This document shows positions 19,367 to 31,331 of a stretch of 32,000 nucleotides of DNA, piece after piece. The notes under the pieces are model-generated. The model saw only the letters and a program-made list of their open reading frames with translations. It did not search any database and had not been told where the DNA came from. The translations under genes and the position numbers were made by a program. The stretch is from Mycolicibacterium smegmatis (lineage in GTDB: Bacteria > Actinomycetota > Actinomycetes > Mycobacteriales > Mycobacteriaceae): NCBI RefSeq assembly GCF_001457595.1, contig NZ_LN831039.1, positions 3,150,001-3,182,000 on the forward strand, in the 5' to 3' direction. Each line of letters starts with the position of its first letter. Within the stretch, counting starts at the first letter, position 1.

Positions 19367-20503
19367 GTGACTATTTCCCAGCGCAGGGAGCGGCTACGGC
19401 AGCGCCTGGCTGCCGCGGATCTCGACGCCATGCTCGTGACCGACCTGGTCAACGTGCGTTACCTCTCCGGATTCACCGGATCCAATGCGGCGCTGCTCGT
19501 CCGTGTCGACGACGCCACGCCGGTACTGGCCACAGACGGGCGCTACCGCACCCAGGCGGCCCAGCAGGCGCCTGACGCCGAAGTCGTCATCGAGCGGGCC
19601 TGTGGGCCGCATCTGGCGGCACGTGCGGCGGCCGACGGGGTGCGCCGGCTCGGTTTCGAGAGCCACGTCGTGACCGTGGAGGCCCACTCGGCGCTGTCCG
19701 AGGCGGCAGGTGACAAGGTCGAGCTGGTGCGCGCCGCGGGCACCGTCGAGGCGCTGCGGGAGGTCAAGGACGCCGGCGAGATCGCGATGCTGCGGCTGGC
19801 GTGCGAGGCCGCCGACGCCGCACTGACCGATCTGGTGGAGCGCGGCGGGCTGCGCCCGGGGCGTACCGAGAAAGAGGTGCGACGCGACCTGGAGTCGCTC
19901 ATGCTCGACCACGGCGCCGACGGCCCGTCGTTCGAGACGATCGTGGCGACCGGCGCCAACTCGGCGATCCCGCACCACCGGCCCACCGACGCGGTCCTGG
20001 CGACCGGCGACTTCGTCAAGATCGACTTCGGCGCGCTGGTCTCGGGTTACCACTCCGACATGACCCGCACGTTCATCCTGGGCCGCGCCGAGCAGTGGCA
20101 ACTCGACCTGTACGAGCTGGTCGCGACCTCCCAGGCGGCGGGCCGCGAAGCCCTGGCGGCCGGGGTCGAGCTCAGGGCCGTCGACGCGGCCTCACGTCAG
20201 GTGATCATCGACGCCGGGTACGGTGACCACTTCAACCACGGTCTCGGCCACGGCGTGGGGCTGCAGATCCACGAAGCGCCGGGACTCAACTCTGCCGCCG
20301 CCGGTACACTGCTTGCTGGCTCTGCGGTGACCGTGGAGCCTGGTGTGTACCTGCCGGGCCGCGGCGGTGTCCGGATCGAGGACACACTGGTGGTGCCCGG
20401 CGGTGAAAGCGCCGAGGGTGTCGTGGACAGATTCGCGCACAACATCAGCGACGCCGCACCTGAACTGCTTACCCGGTTCCCCAAGGAACTGGCCATCGTG
20501 TGA
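19367..20503 (+). CDS. pepQ: M24-family Xaa-Pro aminopeptidase/dipeptidase
   Basis: 378 aa. N-terminal creatinase-like domain plus pita-bread fold with metal ligands in context ([43 protein letters not shown]). Confidence 0.9.
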   Translation: MTISQRRERLRQRLAAADLDAMLVTDLVNVRYLSGFTGSNAALLVRVDDATPVLATDGRYRTQAAQQAPDAEVVIERACGPHLAARAAADGVRRLGFESHVVTVEAHSALSEAAGDKVELVRAAGTVEALREVKDAGEIAMLRLACEAADAALTDLVERGGLRPGRTEKEVRRDLESLMLDHGADGPSFETIVATGANSAIPHHRPTDAVLATGDFVKIDFGALVSGYHSDMTRTFILGRAEQWQLDLYELVATSQAAGREALAAGVELRAVDAASRQVIIDAGYGDHFNHGLGHGVGLQIHEAPGLNSAAAGTLLAGSAVTVEPGVYLPGRGGVRIEDTLVVPGGESAEGVVDRFAHNISDAAPELLTRFPKELAIV

Positions 20504-20528
20504 CAGAAAGCTAGGAGCTACACCGACC

Positions 20529-21092
20529 ATGGCATCGACTGCCGACTTCAAGAACGGACTCGTCCTCCAGATCGACGGGCAACTGTGGCAGATCGTCGAA
20601 TTTCAGCACGTCAAGCCGGGTAAGGGCCCTGCTTTCGTGCGGACGAAGCTCAAGAACGTGGTGTCCGGCAAGGTGGTCGACAAGACCTACAACGCCGGTG
20701 TTAAGGTCGAGACCGCGACCGTGGACCGCCGCGACGCCACCTACCTCTACCGTGACGGCAGCGATTTCGTGTTCATGGACTCCGAGGACTTCGAGCAGCA
20801 TCCGCTGCCCGAGTCGCTGGTCGGCCGCCTCGCCGACTTCCTGCTGGAGAGCATGCCGGTGCAGATCGCGTTCCACGACGGCACCCCGCTGTACCTGGAA
20901 CTGCCGGTGTCGGTCGAGCTCGAGGTCACCCACACCGAGCCGGGCCTGCAGGGTGACCGCTCCAGCGCGGGCACCAAGCCGGCCACCGTGGAGACCGGTG
21001 CCGAGATCCAGGTGCCACTGTTCATCAACACCGGCGACCGCCTCAAGGTCGACACCCGCGACGGCAGCTACCTGGGCCGGGTGAATGCCTGA
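20529..21092 (+). CDS. efp: Elongation factor P
   Basis: [44 protein letters not shown]...; 187 aa. AGGAG at 20513-20517, upstream of ATG 20529. Confidence 0.96.
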   Translation: MASTADFKNGLVLQIDGQLWQIVEFQHVKPGKGPAFVRTKLKNVVSGKVVDKTYNAGVKVETATVDRRDATYLYRDGSDFVFMDSEDFEQHPLPESLVGRLADFLLESMPVQIAFHDGTPLYLELPVSVELEVTHTEPGLQGDRSSAGTKPATVETGAEIQVPLFINTGDRLKVDTRDGSYLGRVNA

Positions 21093-21567
21093 CCGTCGTG
21101 GTGACCGGGGCCGTCACCAGGCCCGCAAACGCGCCGTCGACCTGCTGTTCGAGGCAGAGGCGCGAGGCCTGACACCGGAGGCCGTGGCGGACTCGCGCGC
21201 TGCGCTGGCCGAGGACCAGGACGACGTCGCACCGCTCAACCCGTACACCGTGCTGGTGGCCCGCGGGGTCACCGAACACGCCGCCCACATCGACGACCTG
21301 ATCTCGGCGCACCTGCAGGGCTGGACGCTCGAACGTCTGCCCGCCGTGGACCGGGCGATCCTGCGCGTCGCGGTGTGGGAGTTGCTGCACGCCGAGGATG
21401 TGCCGGAACCGGTCGCGGTCGACGAGGCCGTCGAGCTCGCCAAGGAGCTCTCCACCGACGAGTCGCCGGGCTTCGTCAACGGCGTGCTCGGCCAGGTGAT
21501 GCTCGTGACGCCGCAGATCCGGGCGGCCTCGCAGGCTGTCCGGGGAACCGGTCCCGCCGAAGGCTGA
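21085..21567 (+). CDS. nusB: Transcription antitermination factor NusB
   Basis: ATG 21085 overlaps efp by 8 nt. [21 protein letters not shown]...[18 protein letters not shown]...[12 protein letters not shown] is very close to my recollection of M. tuberculosis NusB. Confidence 0.95.
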   Translation: MPDRRGDRGRHQARKRAVDLLFEAEARGLTPEAVADSRAALAEDQDDVAPLNPYTVLVARGVTEHAAHIDDLISAHLQGWTLERLPAVDRAILRVAVWELLHAEDVPEPVAVDEAVELAKELSTDESPGFVNGVLGQVMLVTPQIRAASQAVRGTGPAEG

Positions 21568-21587
21568 ATCAGCCCAGACCGGCTCAG

Positions 21588-21629
21588 ACCGTTGTGCCGC
21601 AAGGAAGCGATTGCGGCACAACGGTTTTT
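21588..21629 (+). terminator. Canonical intrinsic terminator after nusB (15-bp stem, 8-nt loop, T5 tail)
   Basis: accgttgtgccgcaa (21588-21602) pairs perfectly with ttgcggcacaacggt (21611-21625), followed by tttt. Confidence 0.85.
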
Positions 21630-21775
21630 CCTGTGGTGCGCGTGATCCGCACCGTGGGCCGCGCGTCTCCCGGCCCGCCGGTTACGCCGGCGTTATTTGC
21701 CCGAACCGCGTCGACACGCGTCGAATCAGTATTGCCGATCCGCTGATTTCCTTTGCTAACGATCCCCGCGCGTCC

Positions 21776-21781
21776 TAGTCT
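21776..21781 (+). promoter_or_regulatory. Candidate -10 hexamer TAGTCT, 6 nt upstream of GTG 21788 (leaderless arrangement)
   Basis: TANNNT read directly. The preceding ~150 nt are less GC-rich than the flanking genes. Confidence 0.4.
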
Positions 21782-21787
21782 CGATCC

Positions 21788-24409
21788 GTGCGACTCGCCT
21801 GGCCGCTGACCGGGAGGTATGAGGAGACGCGGCTCATCGACGCCGCGCTGACCGGTGCCGATCGGGCCGGGGTCGTGATCCGTGGGGCCGCGGGCGTCGG
21901 CAAGAGCCGCATCGCCCGCGAGGCGCTGGGCGCGATGGCGGAGGCGGGACGCGAAACCCGTTGGATCGTAGGCACATCGGTGGCCGGGGCATTGCCGCTC
22001 GGTGCGTTCGCGCGGTGGGTCGGGACCGCCGACGCCGACACCGCTGCCCTCGTCGGGCGTGTCGTCGACGCCATGACCGCCGGCTCGACGGCACAGGAGC
22101 CCGCGGTCATCGGCGTCGACGACGCCCACCACCTCGACGACCTGTCGGCGTTCGTCCTGCAGCAGATCGCCACCAGGCGCGCCGCGAAGCTGTTGCTGAC
22201 GGTGCGCGACGGCAGCACGGTGCCCGGTCCGGTCGAGAACGTGTGGGGCGGTGGGGGCTTCGAGCGGCTCGACCTGCAACCGCTCTCACGGGCCGAGTCG
22301 GCGCACCTGCTCGGTGCTGCGCTCGGCGGGCCGGTCGATCCCGATGCCGCTCAGCGGATGTGGCGCCTGACCCGGGGCAACGTGCTGTACCTGCGCAACA
22401 TCGTCGAACAGGAGGTCGCGCACGGGCGTCTGACCCGCCAGCACAACTACTGGCGCTGGACCGGGGACCCGGTCCTGCCGCCGGGCCTGGTGGAGCTGAT
22501 CGAATCCCGTATCGGCGCGCTGCCCACGGCGGTCAGCGAGGTCGTCGACATCCTGGCAGTCGCCGAACCGATGCCGCTGCGAACGCTGGCCGCCATCACC
22601 GAATCCGCCGCCGTCGACGAGGCCGAGCGGCGCGGGCTGATCACCCTGGAGACACTCGACACCGGCGTCGAGGTGCGGGCCGCGCATCCGCTGTACGCCG
22701 AGATCCGGCGCGACCGCGCGCCGGACACGCGCCTGCGCCGGTTGCGGGGCCTGGTGGCCTCCGAACTCGCACGCGGCGGCGACCGCGACGAACTGCGAGT
22801 GGTGGTGCGGCGGGCCGCGCTGACGCTCGAATCCGATCTGCCCGCCGACCCCGAACTGCTGACCCGGGCCGCACAGGGCGCGGTGGCGCTGGCCGATCTG
22901 GTGCTGGCCGAACGCCTCGCTGCGGCCGCGGTCCGTGCTGGTGGTGGTCCGGAGTCGAATTTCGTTCAGGCGCACGCCTTGTCGTGGTTGAGTCGGGGCG
23001 AGCAGGCCGACGCGGTCCTTGCCGCGCTGGACGACTCGAAACTCACCGATGCCGAGCGTGCTCGCCTGGCGTACCTGCGCGCATGCAATCGCCTGTGGGC
23101 GCTGGCCGATCCCGACGGCGCCCGGTCGCTCGCCGACGCGGCGTCGGCCGCCATCCCGGCCGATGCGCAGGGATGTCTCGACGCTTTCGACGTCGTCTAC
23201 GGCGCCGCCATGGGAGCGCCTGACGCGGCCGCGACCGCCGCTGATCGTCTGGACACCGCGGCGCTGCCCGCCGTGGTCGGCGCGGTGACCGAGTGGGCGG
23301 CGGCGGTGTCGGCCGGCGAGGCCGGCCGGCTCGAAGACGCCCTGCGCGCGGCCGCGAGCGGCTATGACATCGCCGACCACGGCTATGACGCAGGCCATGT
23401 GCGGTTCGTGATCGCCGACGCCCACATCGGCGCGTTGCTGCTCGCCGGTGACATCGCGCAGGCCGGCATGGAGGCCGAACGGCAGTATGCCCATGCCGCT
23501 GAATTGCCTGGGGCGGCACAACTGTTCGGTGCCGCCGTGGCGGGTCGCGTCGCGCTCGCGAATGGCAGGCTCGATGTGGCAGCCGAAAAGCTGGGCGCGG
23601 TGGTGGACCTGATGCGTGCTGCCAGGGACACCAATGGCTTCGCCTACCGGTTCGCGCTGCCGCGCGCGATCGCGTTCGCGATGCGGGGTGTGGCCGACGA
23701 GTCGACACTGATCGACGTCGACCAGCACCGCCATCCCGGCTGGAGGTATCTGCACTACGAGCACACCCTGGTGCACGCGTGGGTCGCGGCCGCGCAGGGG
23801 GCGGTGTCGCAGGCGGCCGAACTGGCGTCGAACGCCGCCCACGTGGCGGCGGACAACGGGCAGTGGGCGGCAGAGGTGCTGTGCCGCCAGACCGCAGCCC
23901 AGTTCGGCGACCCGTCCGGTGCGCAACGCCTCGGTGAACTCGCCGCACACGTCGACGGCCCGCGCGCGGGTGCCGCGGCGGCCTTCGCACACGCGCTGCG
24001 CCGCGAGGACGCCGACGCGCTCGTCGAGGTGTCGGCGGTGTTCGAGCGGATCGGTGACCTGGTGGCCGCAGCGGATGCCGCGGCCCACGCCTCGATGGTG
24101 CACCGCCGAAAGAACCGGCGCGGCTCGGCGCTGGGTCAGGCGCACCACGCGGAAAAGCTCGCCGACCGGTGCGGCGCAGCGACCCCGGCCGTGGTGGCCT
24201 GTCTGGAGCACCTTCCGCTGACCGACCGTGAACGCGAGATCGTCACGCTGCTCGCGGCGGGGGTGTCCAGTCGCACGGTGGCACAACGCCTGCGGCTGTC
24301 GGTGCGCACCGTCGAGGGGCACGTGTACCGCGCGATGTCGAAGACCGGCTCCGCCTCGCGCGCCGAGCTCATCGACCTCGTGAAGCGGCAGCACCGCAGA
24401 TTCGAGTAA
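21788..24409 (+). CDS. Large ATP-binding LuxR-family (LAL/MalT-like) transcriptional regulator
   Basis: 873 aa. N-terminal P-loop GAAGVGKS (nt 21884-21907) and Walker B VIGVDDAHHLDD. Long Ala/Leu-rich helical (TPR-like) middle region. C-terminal LuxR HTH LTDREREIVTLLAAGVSSRTVAQRLRLSVRTVEGHVYRAMSKTG. Stop TAA 24407-24409. Confidence 0.9.
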   Translation: MRLAWPLTGRYEETRLIDAALTGADRAGVVIRGAAGVGKSRIAREALGAMAEAGRETRWIVGTSVAGALPLGAFARWVGTADADTAALVGRVVDAMTAGSTAQEPAVIGVDDAHHLDDLSAFVLQQIATRRAAKLLLTVRDGSTVPGPVENVWGGGGFERLDLQPLSRAESAHLLGAALGGPVDPDAAQRMWRLTRGNVLYLRNIVEQEVAHGRLTRQHNYWRWTGDPVLPPGLVELIESRIGALPTAVSEVVDILAVAEPMPLRTLAAITESAAVDEAERRGLITLETLDTGVEVRAAHPLYAEIRRDRAPDTRLRRLRGLVASELARGGDRDELRVVVRRAALTLESDLPADPELLTRAAQGAVALADLVLAERLAAAAVRAGGGPESNFVQAHALSWLSRGEQADAVLAALDDSKLTDAERARLAYLRACNRLWALADPDGARSLADAASAAIPADAQGCLDAFDVVYGAAMGAPDAAATAADRLDTAALPAVVGAVTEWAAAVSAGEAGRLEDALRAAASGYDIADHGYDAGHVRFVIADAHIGALLLAGDIAQAGMEAERQYAHAAELPGAAQLFGAAVAGRVALANGRLDVAAEKLGAVVDLMRAARDTNGFAYRFALPRAIAFAMRGVADESTLIDVDQHRHPGWRYLHYEHTLVHAWVAAAQGAVSQAAELASNAAHVAADNGQWAAEVLCRQTAAQFGDPSGAQRLGELAAHVDGPRAGAAAAFAHALRREDADALVEVSAVFERIGDLVAAADAAAHASMVHRRKNRRGSALGQAHHAEKLADRCGAATPAVVACLEHLPLTDREREIVTLLAAGVSSRTVAQRLRLSVRTVEGHVYRAMSKTGSASRAELIDLVKRQHRRFE

Positions 24410-24454
24410 CCGGGTACTCGATCCGGGCGCCGGGTCCAGTCGCATCCTGATCCC

Positions 24455-24694
24455 ATGACCGAGGCCAGGGAGCAGGCATTGCGGGTTCTGCCGCTGCCGT
24501 ACTCGCTGGCGCTCCGGTTGCGTGACGCCGGGGTGGCCCCTGACGTCGTGAGCGAGTACCTCAGCATCGACGAGTCCGCGCTCGAGGGTTTCTACCGGAT
24601 CGCCGAGCAGAAACTGGCCGCCGCTCTCCCGGCGCCGGGCACCGGGCCGGTGGCATCCGATGACCGAACCGGCGGAAGGTCCGGTCAGGTTTGA
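24455..24694 (+). CDS. Hypothetical 79-aa protein, possibly sigma-70 region-4-like helix-turn-helix
   Basis: High GC3 over the first ~60 codons. RVLPLPYSLALRLRDAGVAPDVVSEYLSIDESALEGFYRIAEQKL loosely follows the LP-x-R-x-L-x-L...S-x-x-E-I-A...V-x-x-R-L pattern of sigma region 4. No SD or -10 seen. The stop is 4 nt from the convergent monooxygenase stop. Confidence 0.4.
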   Translation: MTEAREQALRVLPLPYSLALRLRDAGVAPDVVSEYLSIDESALEGFYRIAEQKLAAALPAPGTGPVASDDRTGGRSGQV

Positions 24695-24698
24695 CCGC

Positions 24699-25907
24699 TC
24701 ACCGCTTGTTCTGCGCGGCGGGATAACTGGGGAGCTGGATCGCGTCGGCCGTGGTGAACCATTTGCGTGCGGCGTACGAGCGGATCGGCCACCGCTGCAT
24801 CCACTTCATCACCTGCGTGTAGATCGTGATGTCGAGTGCGGACTTCGGCAGGTACCCGTCGATACCGGTCGGCAGGTCCTGACAGCGTTCGATGTACGGG
24901 CGCATGGTCGACTCGTACCGGGAGAGCGCCAGTCCCAGCTTCGCGTGCGCGAACATGTCGGCGGGTCCGAGTTCACCGGCCAGCACGTAGGCGCCCACGA
25001 GCGCAAGGCTGGTACCCATGCCCGACAGCGGGGACGCGCAGTAGCCGGCGTCGCCCACGAGGGTCACCGGTCCGCGCGACAGCGTCGGCATGTGAACCTG
25101 CAGAAACGCGTCGAAGTAGAAGTCGTCGGCGACGGCGGCGGCCGCCAGCAGGTCCGCGCAGTGCCAGCCCGCGCCCGCGAAATGTGTGTTCAGCAAGGCC
25201 AATTGGGTTGCGGGATCGCGCCGGTCGTAGTCGACGGGCCCGGAGCGGAACGCCAGCCCGGCTTTGCACAGCGCGGGATCGTGCGACGGTCGCATCGACG
25301 CGTTGAGTCCCGGCGCCTGGTACATCAGGTACCACCCGTCGAGACCTGCCGTGTCGGGCGCGGTGAACCACGCGTTGTACCCGCCCAGCAGCGTGACGTA
25401 CTGCTCTTCCGGGCCGAAAACCATTCTGCGCACCGAGGAGTGGGGACCGTCGGCGCCGACGATCAGGTCGGCGTCGACACGGGTGCCGTCGCTGAGCGTG
25501 GCACCCGAGGAGTCGATCTCGGTGATCCTGGTGCCGAAACGGTACTCGGCGCGGGTTCTCGTGGCGTTGTAGAGCACCTCCACCAGGTCGCCGCGCAGGA
25601 TCTCCAGCGCCGAGACCATGCCGTTGCCGTCGAACGCGTCCACCGGCATCTCGGCGCGGCGCCTGCCGTTGCCGCGGACCCACGCGATGCCGCGCTGATC
25701 CAGTGAGCGCGCACGCATCTCGTCGAGCAGTCCCATGCGGGTGACGACGTCGCGGCCCGCGCCGCGCAGATCGACGGTCTGCCCGCCCAGTCTCAGTGTG
25801 GGCGCGGTTTCGACCACCACGGCGCGGTAGCCGTATTCGGCGAGCCAGTGCGCGAGGGAGGCGCCTGCGACTCCTGCGCCGCTGATGAGCACGGTCGGCT
25901 GTCCCAT
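24699..25907 (-). CDS. Class A FAD-dependent monooxygenase, Tet(X)-like architecture
   Basis: 402 aa. GxGxxG ([12 protein letters not shown]), DG motif ([13 protein letters not shown]), GD motif ([20 protein letters not shown]). Several blocks resemble my recollection of Tet(X), e.g. [24 protein letters not shown] and [13 protein letters not shown]. Confidence 0.88.
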   Translation of the reverse strand: [402 protein letters not shown]

Positions 25908-25913
25908 GGGCCA

Positions 25914-25919
25914 AATCTA
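25914..25919 (-). promoter_or_regulatory. Candidate -10 hexamer TAGATT (minus strand), 6 nt upstream of ATG 25907
   Basis: Plus-strand aatcta at 25914-25919. It lies in a 67-nt, relatively AT-rich gap. Confidence 0.4.
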
Positions 25920-25974
25920 GGACAATTCGTCGTTCGCGTGGCAAACAATCCGAGACAGGCCGTGCGACAGGCGG

Positions 25975-27177
25975 TTACAGGTCCAGCGCCTGGTAGGTGC
26001 GGCGGACGAATTTCGGTTGTGCCGACTGCAGTTTGGCCAGCGACGTGTTGCCCGCGATGGCGGCCGCGTCGACACCGAGATCCGGGAAGTTCTGGATCAG
26101 GTAGATGAGGATCAGATCGGCCGACGGGTCGGCCTGCCACCACGTGCCGTAGGCGCCGGGCCAGCTGAACGTGCCGAGGCCACCGGGGCCGAACAACTGC
26201 CGCGACCTGGCCGGGTCGGTCACCACCGACAGGTTCAGGCCGAAACCGCGGCCCACCCAGAACGGGGCGCCCAGGAACGGGTACTGCTTCTGTTCGGGGG
26301 TGAGACGGTCGGTGCGCATGGTCCGCACCGATTCCTCGCTCAGCACGCGCACGCCGTCGACCGTGCCGCCGCCGAGCAGCATGCGCGCGAACACAAGGTA
26401 GTCGTCGACGGTGGAGAACAGGCCCGCACCGCCGGCGCAGAACGGCGGATCGGTGATCGGGGGAGGACCCATCACGTCATGGGTCAGGGTGTTCTCGGCG
26501 GTGAGCTTGTACATGGTCGCCGCGCGGCGGCGGCCCGCGGCACCGATCGAGAACCCGGTGTCGGTCATACCCAGCGGTTCGAAGACCCGCTCGGAGAGCA
26601 CCTGCGACAGCGGCTTGCCCTCGATGCGGGACAACGCGATGCCCAGCACATCGGTGGAATGGCTGTAGGTGAGCCGCTCACCCGGCTGGTGGGCCAGGGG
26701 CAGCGCGGCCACCTCGGCCAGCCACCGGTCCTGATCCTGACGCTGCGAGATCTTGCCGTAGGCCGACGCCAGCGGGCCCAGCACCGAGAACACGTACGCC
26801 ATCCCGCTGCGGTGGGTCATCAGGTCGTCGAACGTGATGGGCCGCCGTGCCGGCACCGTCTGGTCGAGCGGGCCGCGGGGCTCACGCAGCACCCGCATGT
26901 TCGACAACTCCGGCAGCCACGCGGTCACCGGGTCGGCGAGCGCGAACTTGCCCTCCTCGGCCAGGGCCATCGCGGCGGCCACGGTCACCGGCTTGGTCAT
27001 CGACGCGATGCGGAAGATCGTGTCGCGCTGCATGGGCAGCCGGGCCTCGACATCGCGGTGACCGAGTGTGTTGACCTGCAGGACCTTGCCCGCCTGCCAC
27101 ACCAGGGTGACCGCGCCGGCCAACAGGCCCGCGTCGATCGCCTCACGGATGGACGTCTGGTTGCCGTCGAGGTTCAC
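25975..27177 (-). CDS. Beta-lactamase-fold serine hydrolase (class C/esterase EstB-like family)
   Basis: 400 aa from GTG 27177. SxxK motif SMTK (Ser codon 27001-27003, minus strand) in the context DTIFRIASMTKPVT. YSH(S) second motif in LTYSHSTDVLG. No obvious signal peptide. Confidence 0.88.
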   Translation of the reverse strand: MNLDGNQTSIREAIDAGLLAGAVTLVWQAGKVLQVNTLGHRDVEARLPMQRDTIFRIASMTKPVTVAAAMALAEEGKFALADPVTAWLPELSNMRVLREPRGPLDQTVPARRPITFDDLMTHRSGMAYVFSVLGPLASAYGKISQRQDQDRWLAEVAALPLAHQPGERLTYSHSTDVLGIALSRIEGKPLSQVLSERVFEPLGMTDTGFSIGAAGRRRAATMYKLTAENTLTHDVMGPPPITDPPFCAGGAGLFSTVDDYLVFARMLLGGGTVDGVRVLSEESVRTMRTDRLTPEQKQYPFLGAPFWVGRGFGLNLSVVTDPARSRQLFGPGGLGTFSWPGAYGTWWQADPSADLILIYLIQNFPDLGVDAAAIAGNTSLAKLQSAQPKFVRRTYQALDL

Positions 27178-27184
27178 CCGGGCC

Positions 27185-27190
27185 AGCGTA
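27185..27190 (-). promoter_or_regulatory. Candidate -10 hexamer TACGCT (minus strand), 7 nt upstream of GTG 27177
   Basis: Plus-strand agcgta at 27185-27190. It shares the 8-mer TACGCTGG with the element upstream of the methyltransferase. Confidence 0.35.
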
Positions 27191-27191
27191 G

Positions 27192-29499
<2,308 letters not shown>

Positions 29500-29503
<4 letters not shown>

Positions 29504-30834
29504 GGGACCACAATTCGACCGCACCGGTGCTGATCCGCGGAGTGAAGCCGTACGGCGAGGGTGACCCCGTCGACGTGCTCGTCGACGACGGCCAGATCGC
29601 CCGGATCGGCGCAGATCTGCCGGTCCCGGAGACCGCCGATGTGATCGACGCGCGCGGACAGGTCCTGCTGCCCGGATTCGTCGACCTGCACACGCACCTG
29701 CGTGAGCCCGGACGCGAATACGCCGAGGACATCGAAACCGGTTCCGCGGCAGCGGCACTGGGCGGCTACACCGCGGTGTTCGCGATGGCCAACACCGATC
29801 CGGTGGCCGACACCGTCGTGGTCACCGACCACGTGTGGCGCCGCGGACAGGAGGTCGGCCTGGTCGACGTGCACCCGGTCGGGGCGATCACCATGGGTCT
29901 CAAGGGTGCTCAGCTCACCGAGATGGGTCTGATGGCGGCGGGCGCGGGCCAGGTCAGGATGTTCTCCGACGACGGTGTGTGCGTCGAGAACCCGCTGGTG
30001 ATGCGCCGCGCGCTGGAATACGCCACGGGTCTGGGCGTGCTCATCGCCCAGCACGCCGAGGAACCCCGTCTCACCGTCGGCGCCGTCGCGCACGAAGGGC
30101 CGATTGCGGCCAGGCTCGGTCTGGCCGGGTGGCCCCGCGCCGCAGAGGAGTCGATCGTCGCGCGTGACGCGCTGCTGGCGCGTGACGCCGGTGCGCGTGT
30201 GCACATCTGCCACGCGTCCACTGCGGGTACCGTCGAGCTTCTGAAATGGGCCAAGGCACAGGGGATCTCGATCACCGCCGAGGTGACCCCGCACCACCTG
30301 CTGCTCGACGACTCGCGGCTGGAGACCTACGACGGGCGCAACCGCGTGAACCCGCCGCTGCGTGAGGCCGAGGACGCCGTGGCACTGCGCCAGGCGTTGG
30401 CCGACGGTGTCATCGACTGTGTGGCCACCGATCACGCGCCGCACGCCGAGCACGAGAAGTGCTGCGAGTTCTCGGTCGCGCGCCCGGGCATGCTGGGCCT
30501 GCAGACCGCGCTGTCGGTGGTCGTCGAGACCATGGTGCGTCCGGGGCTCTTGACCTGGCGCGGTGTGGCCAAGGTGATGAGCGAGGCCCCGGCGGCCATC
30601 GTCGGCCTGCCCGATCAGGGCCGCCCGCTGGAGGTGGGTGAGCCCGCCAACCTGACGGTCGTCGACCCCGACGCCACCTGGACCGTGGCAGGCACCGAAC
30701 TGGCCAGCCGGTCGGACAACACGCCGTTCGAGACCATGACGCTGCCCGCGACCGTGACCGCGACCCTGCTGCGCGGCCGGGTCACCGCGCGTGACGGCAA
30801 GTCCGCTCCGGCAGGTGGGGGCTCGGTACGGTGA
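29500..30834 (+). CDS. pyrC: Dihydroorotase
   Basis: ATG 29500 overlaps the pyrB stop (ATGA). [15 protein letters not shown] (HxH metal motif) and CVATDHAPH. 444 aa. Confidence 0.95.
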
Positions 30835-31331
30835 ACACACCGACGCTCATCGCCTCGCTGGTGATGGCGGCACTGCTCGTGGTGCTGATCGCGTTCCTCA
30901 TCCGACAGATGTTGCGTGGCTGGGTGCACCGCGCGCAGCGTCAGGTCGAGCTGATCGGGAGGCTGCCCGCGCTGCCCGACTCGGTGGGGCCCGCGATCGT
31001 GGCGCCCACCAAGGGGCTCTATGTCGGCACGACGCTGGTGCCGCACTGGAACGACAAGGTCGCCGTGGGCGATCTGGGGTTTCGCGCCAAGGCCGTTTTG
31101 ACGCGCTTCCCCGAGGGAATCATGGTGCAGCGCACCGGTGCCGGGCCGATCTGGATCCCCGACGAGTCGATCGTCGTGATCCGGACCGAGCGCGCCATCG
31201 CGGGCAAGGCACTGACACACGACGGCATTCTCGTCATCCGCTGGCGGCTGCCGTCGGGTGTCGAGATCGACACAGGGTTCCGCGCTGACGTTCGCGCGGA
31301 ACTGAACCGCTGGCTGGAGGAAAACGCATGA
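30831..31331 (+). CDS. Conserved pyr-operon membrane protein (N-terminal TM helix plus PH-like soluble domain), function unknown
   Basis: GTG 30831 overlaps the pyrC stop (GTGA), and the stop overlaps the carA start (ATGA). [20 protein letters not shown] is a TM helix. The same position is occupied by a conserved hypothetical gene in the mycobacterial pyr operon (from memory). Confidence 0.8.
   Translation: MNTPTLIASLVMAALLVVLIAFLIRQMLRGWVHRAQRQVELIGRLPALPDSVGPAIVAPTKGLYVGTTLVPHWNDKVAVGDLGFRAKAVLTRFPEGIMVQRTGAGPIWIPDESIVVIRTERAIAGKALTHDGILVIRWRLPSGVEIDTGFRADVRAELNRWLEENA

Noticed and set aside
22286-24445. 719-aa minus-strand ORF antisense to the LuxR-family regulator
   Set aside because: Same reasoning. 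The plus-strand frame contains Walker A/B and a LuxR HTH, and the antisense frame has no motifs.
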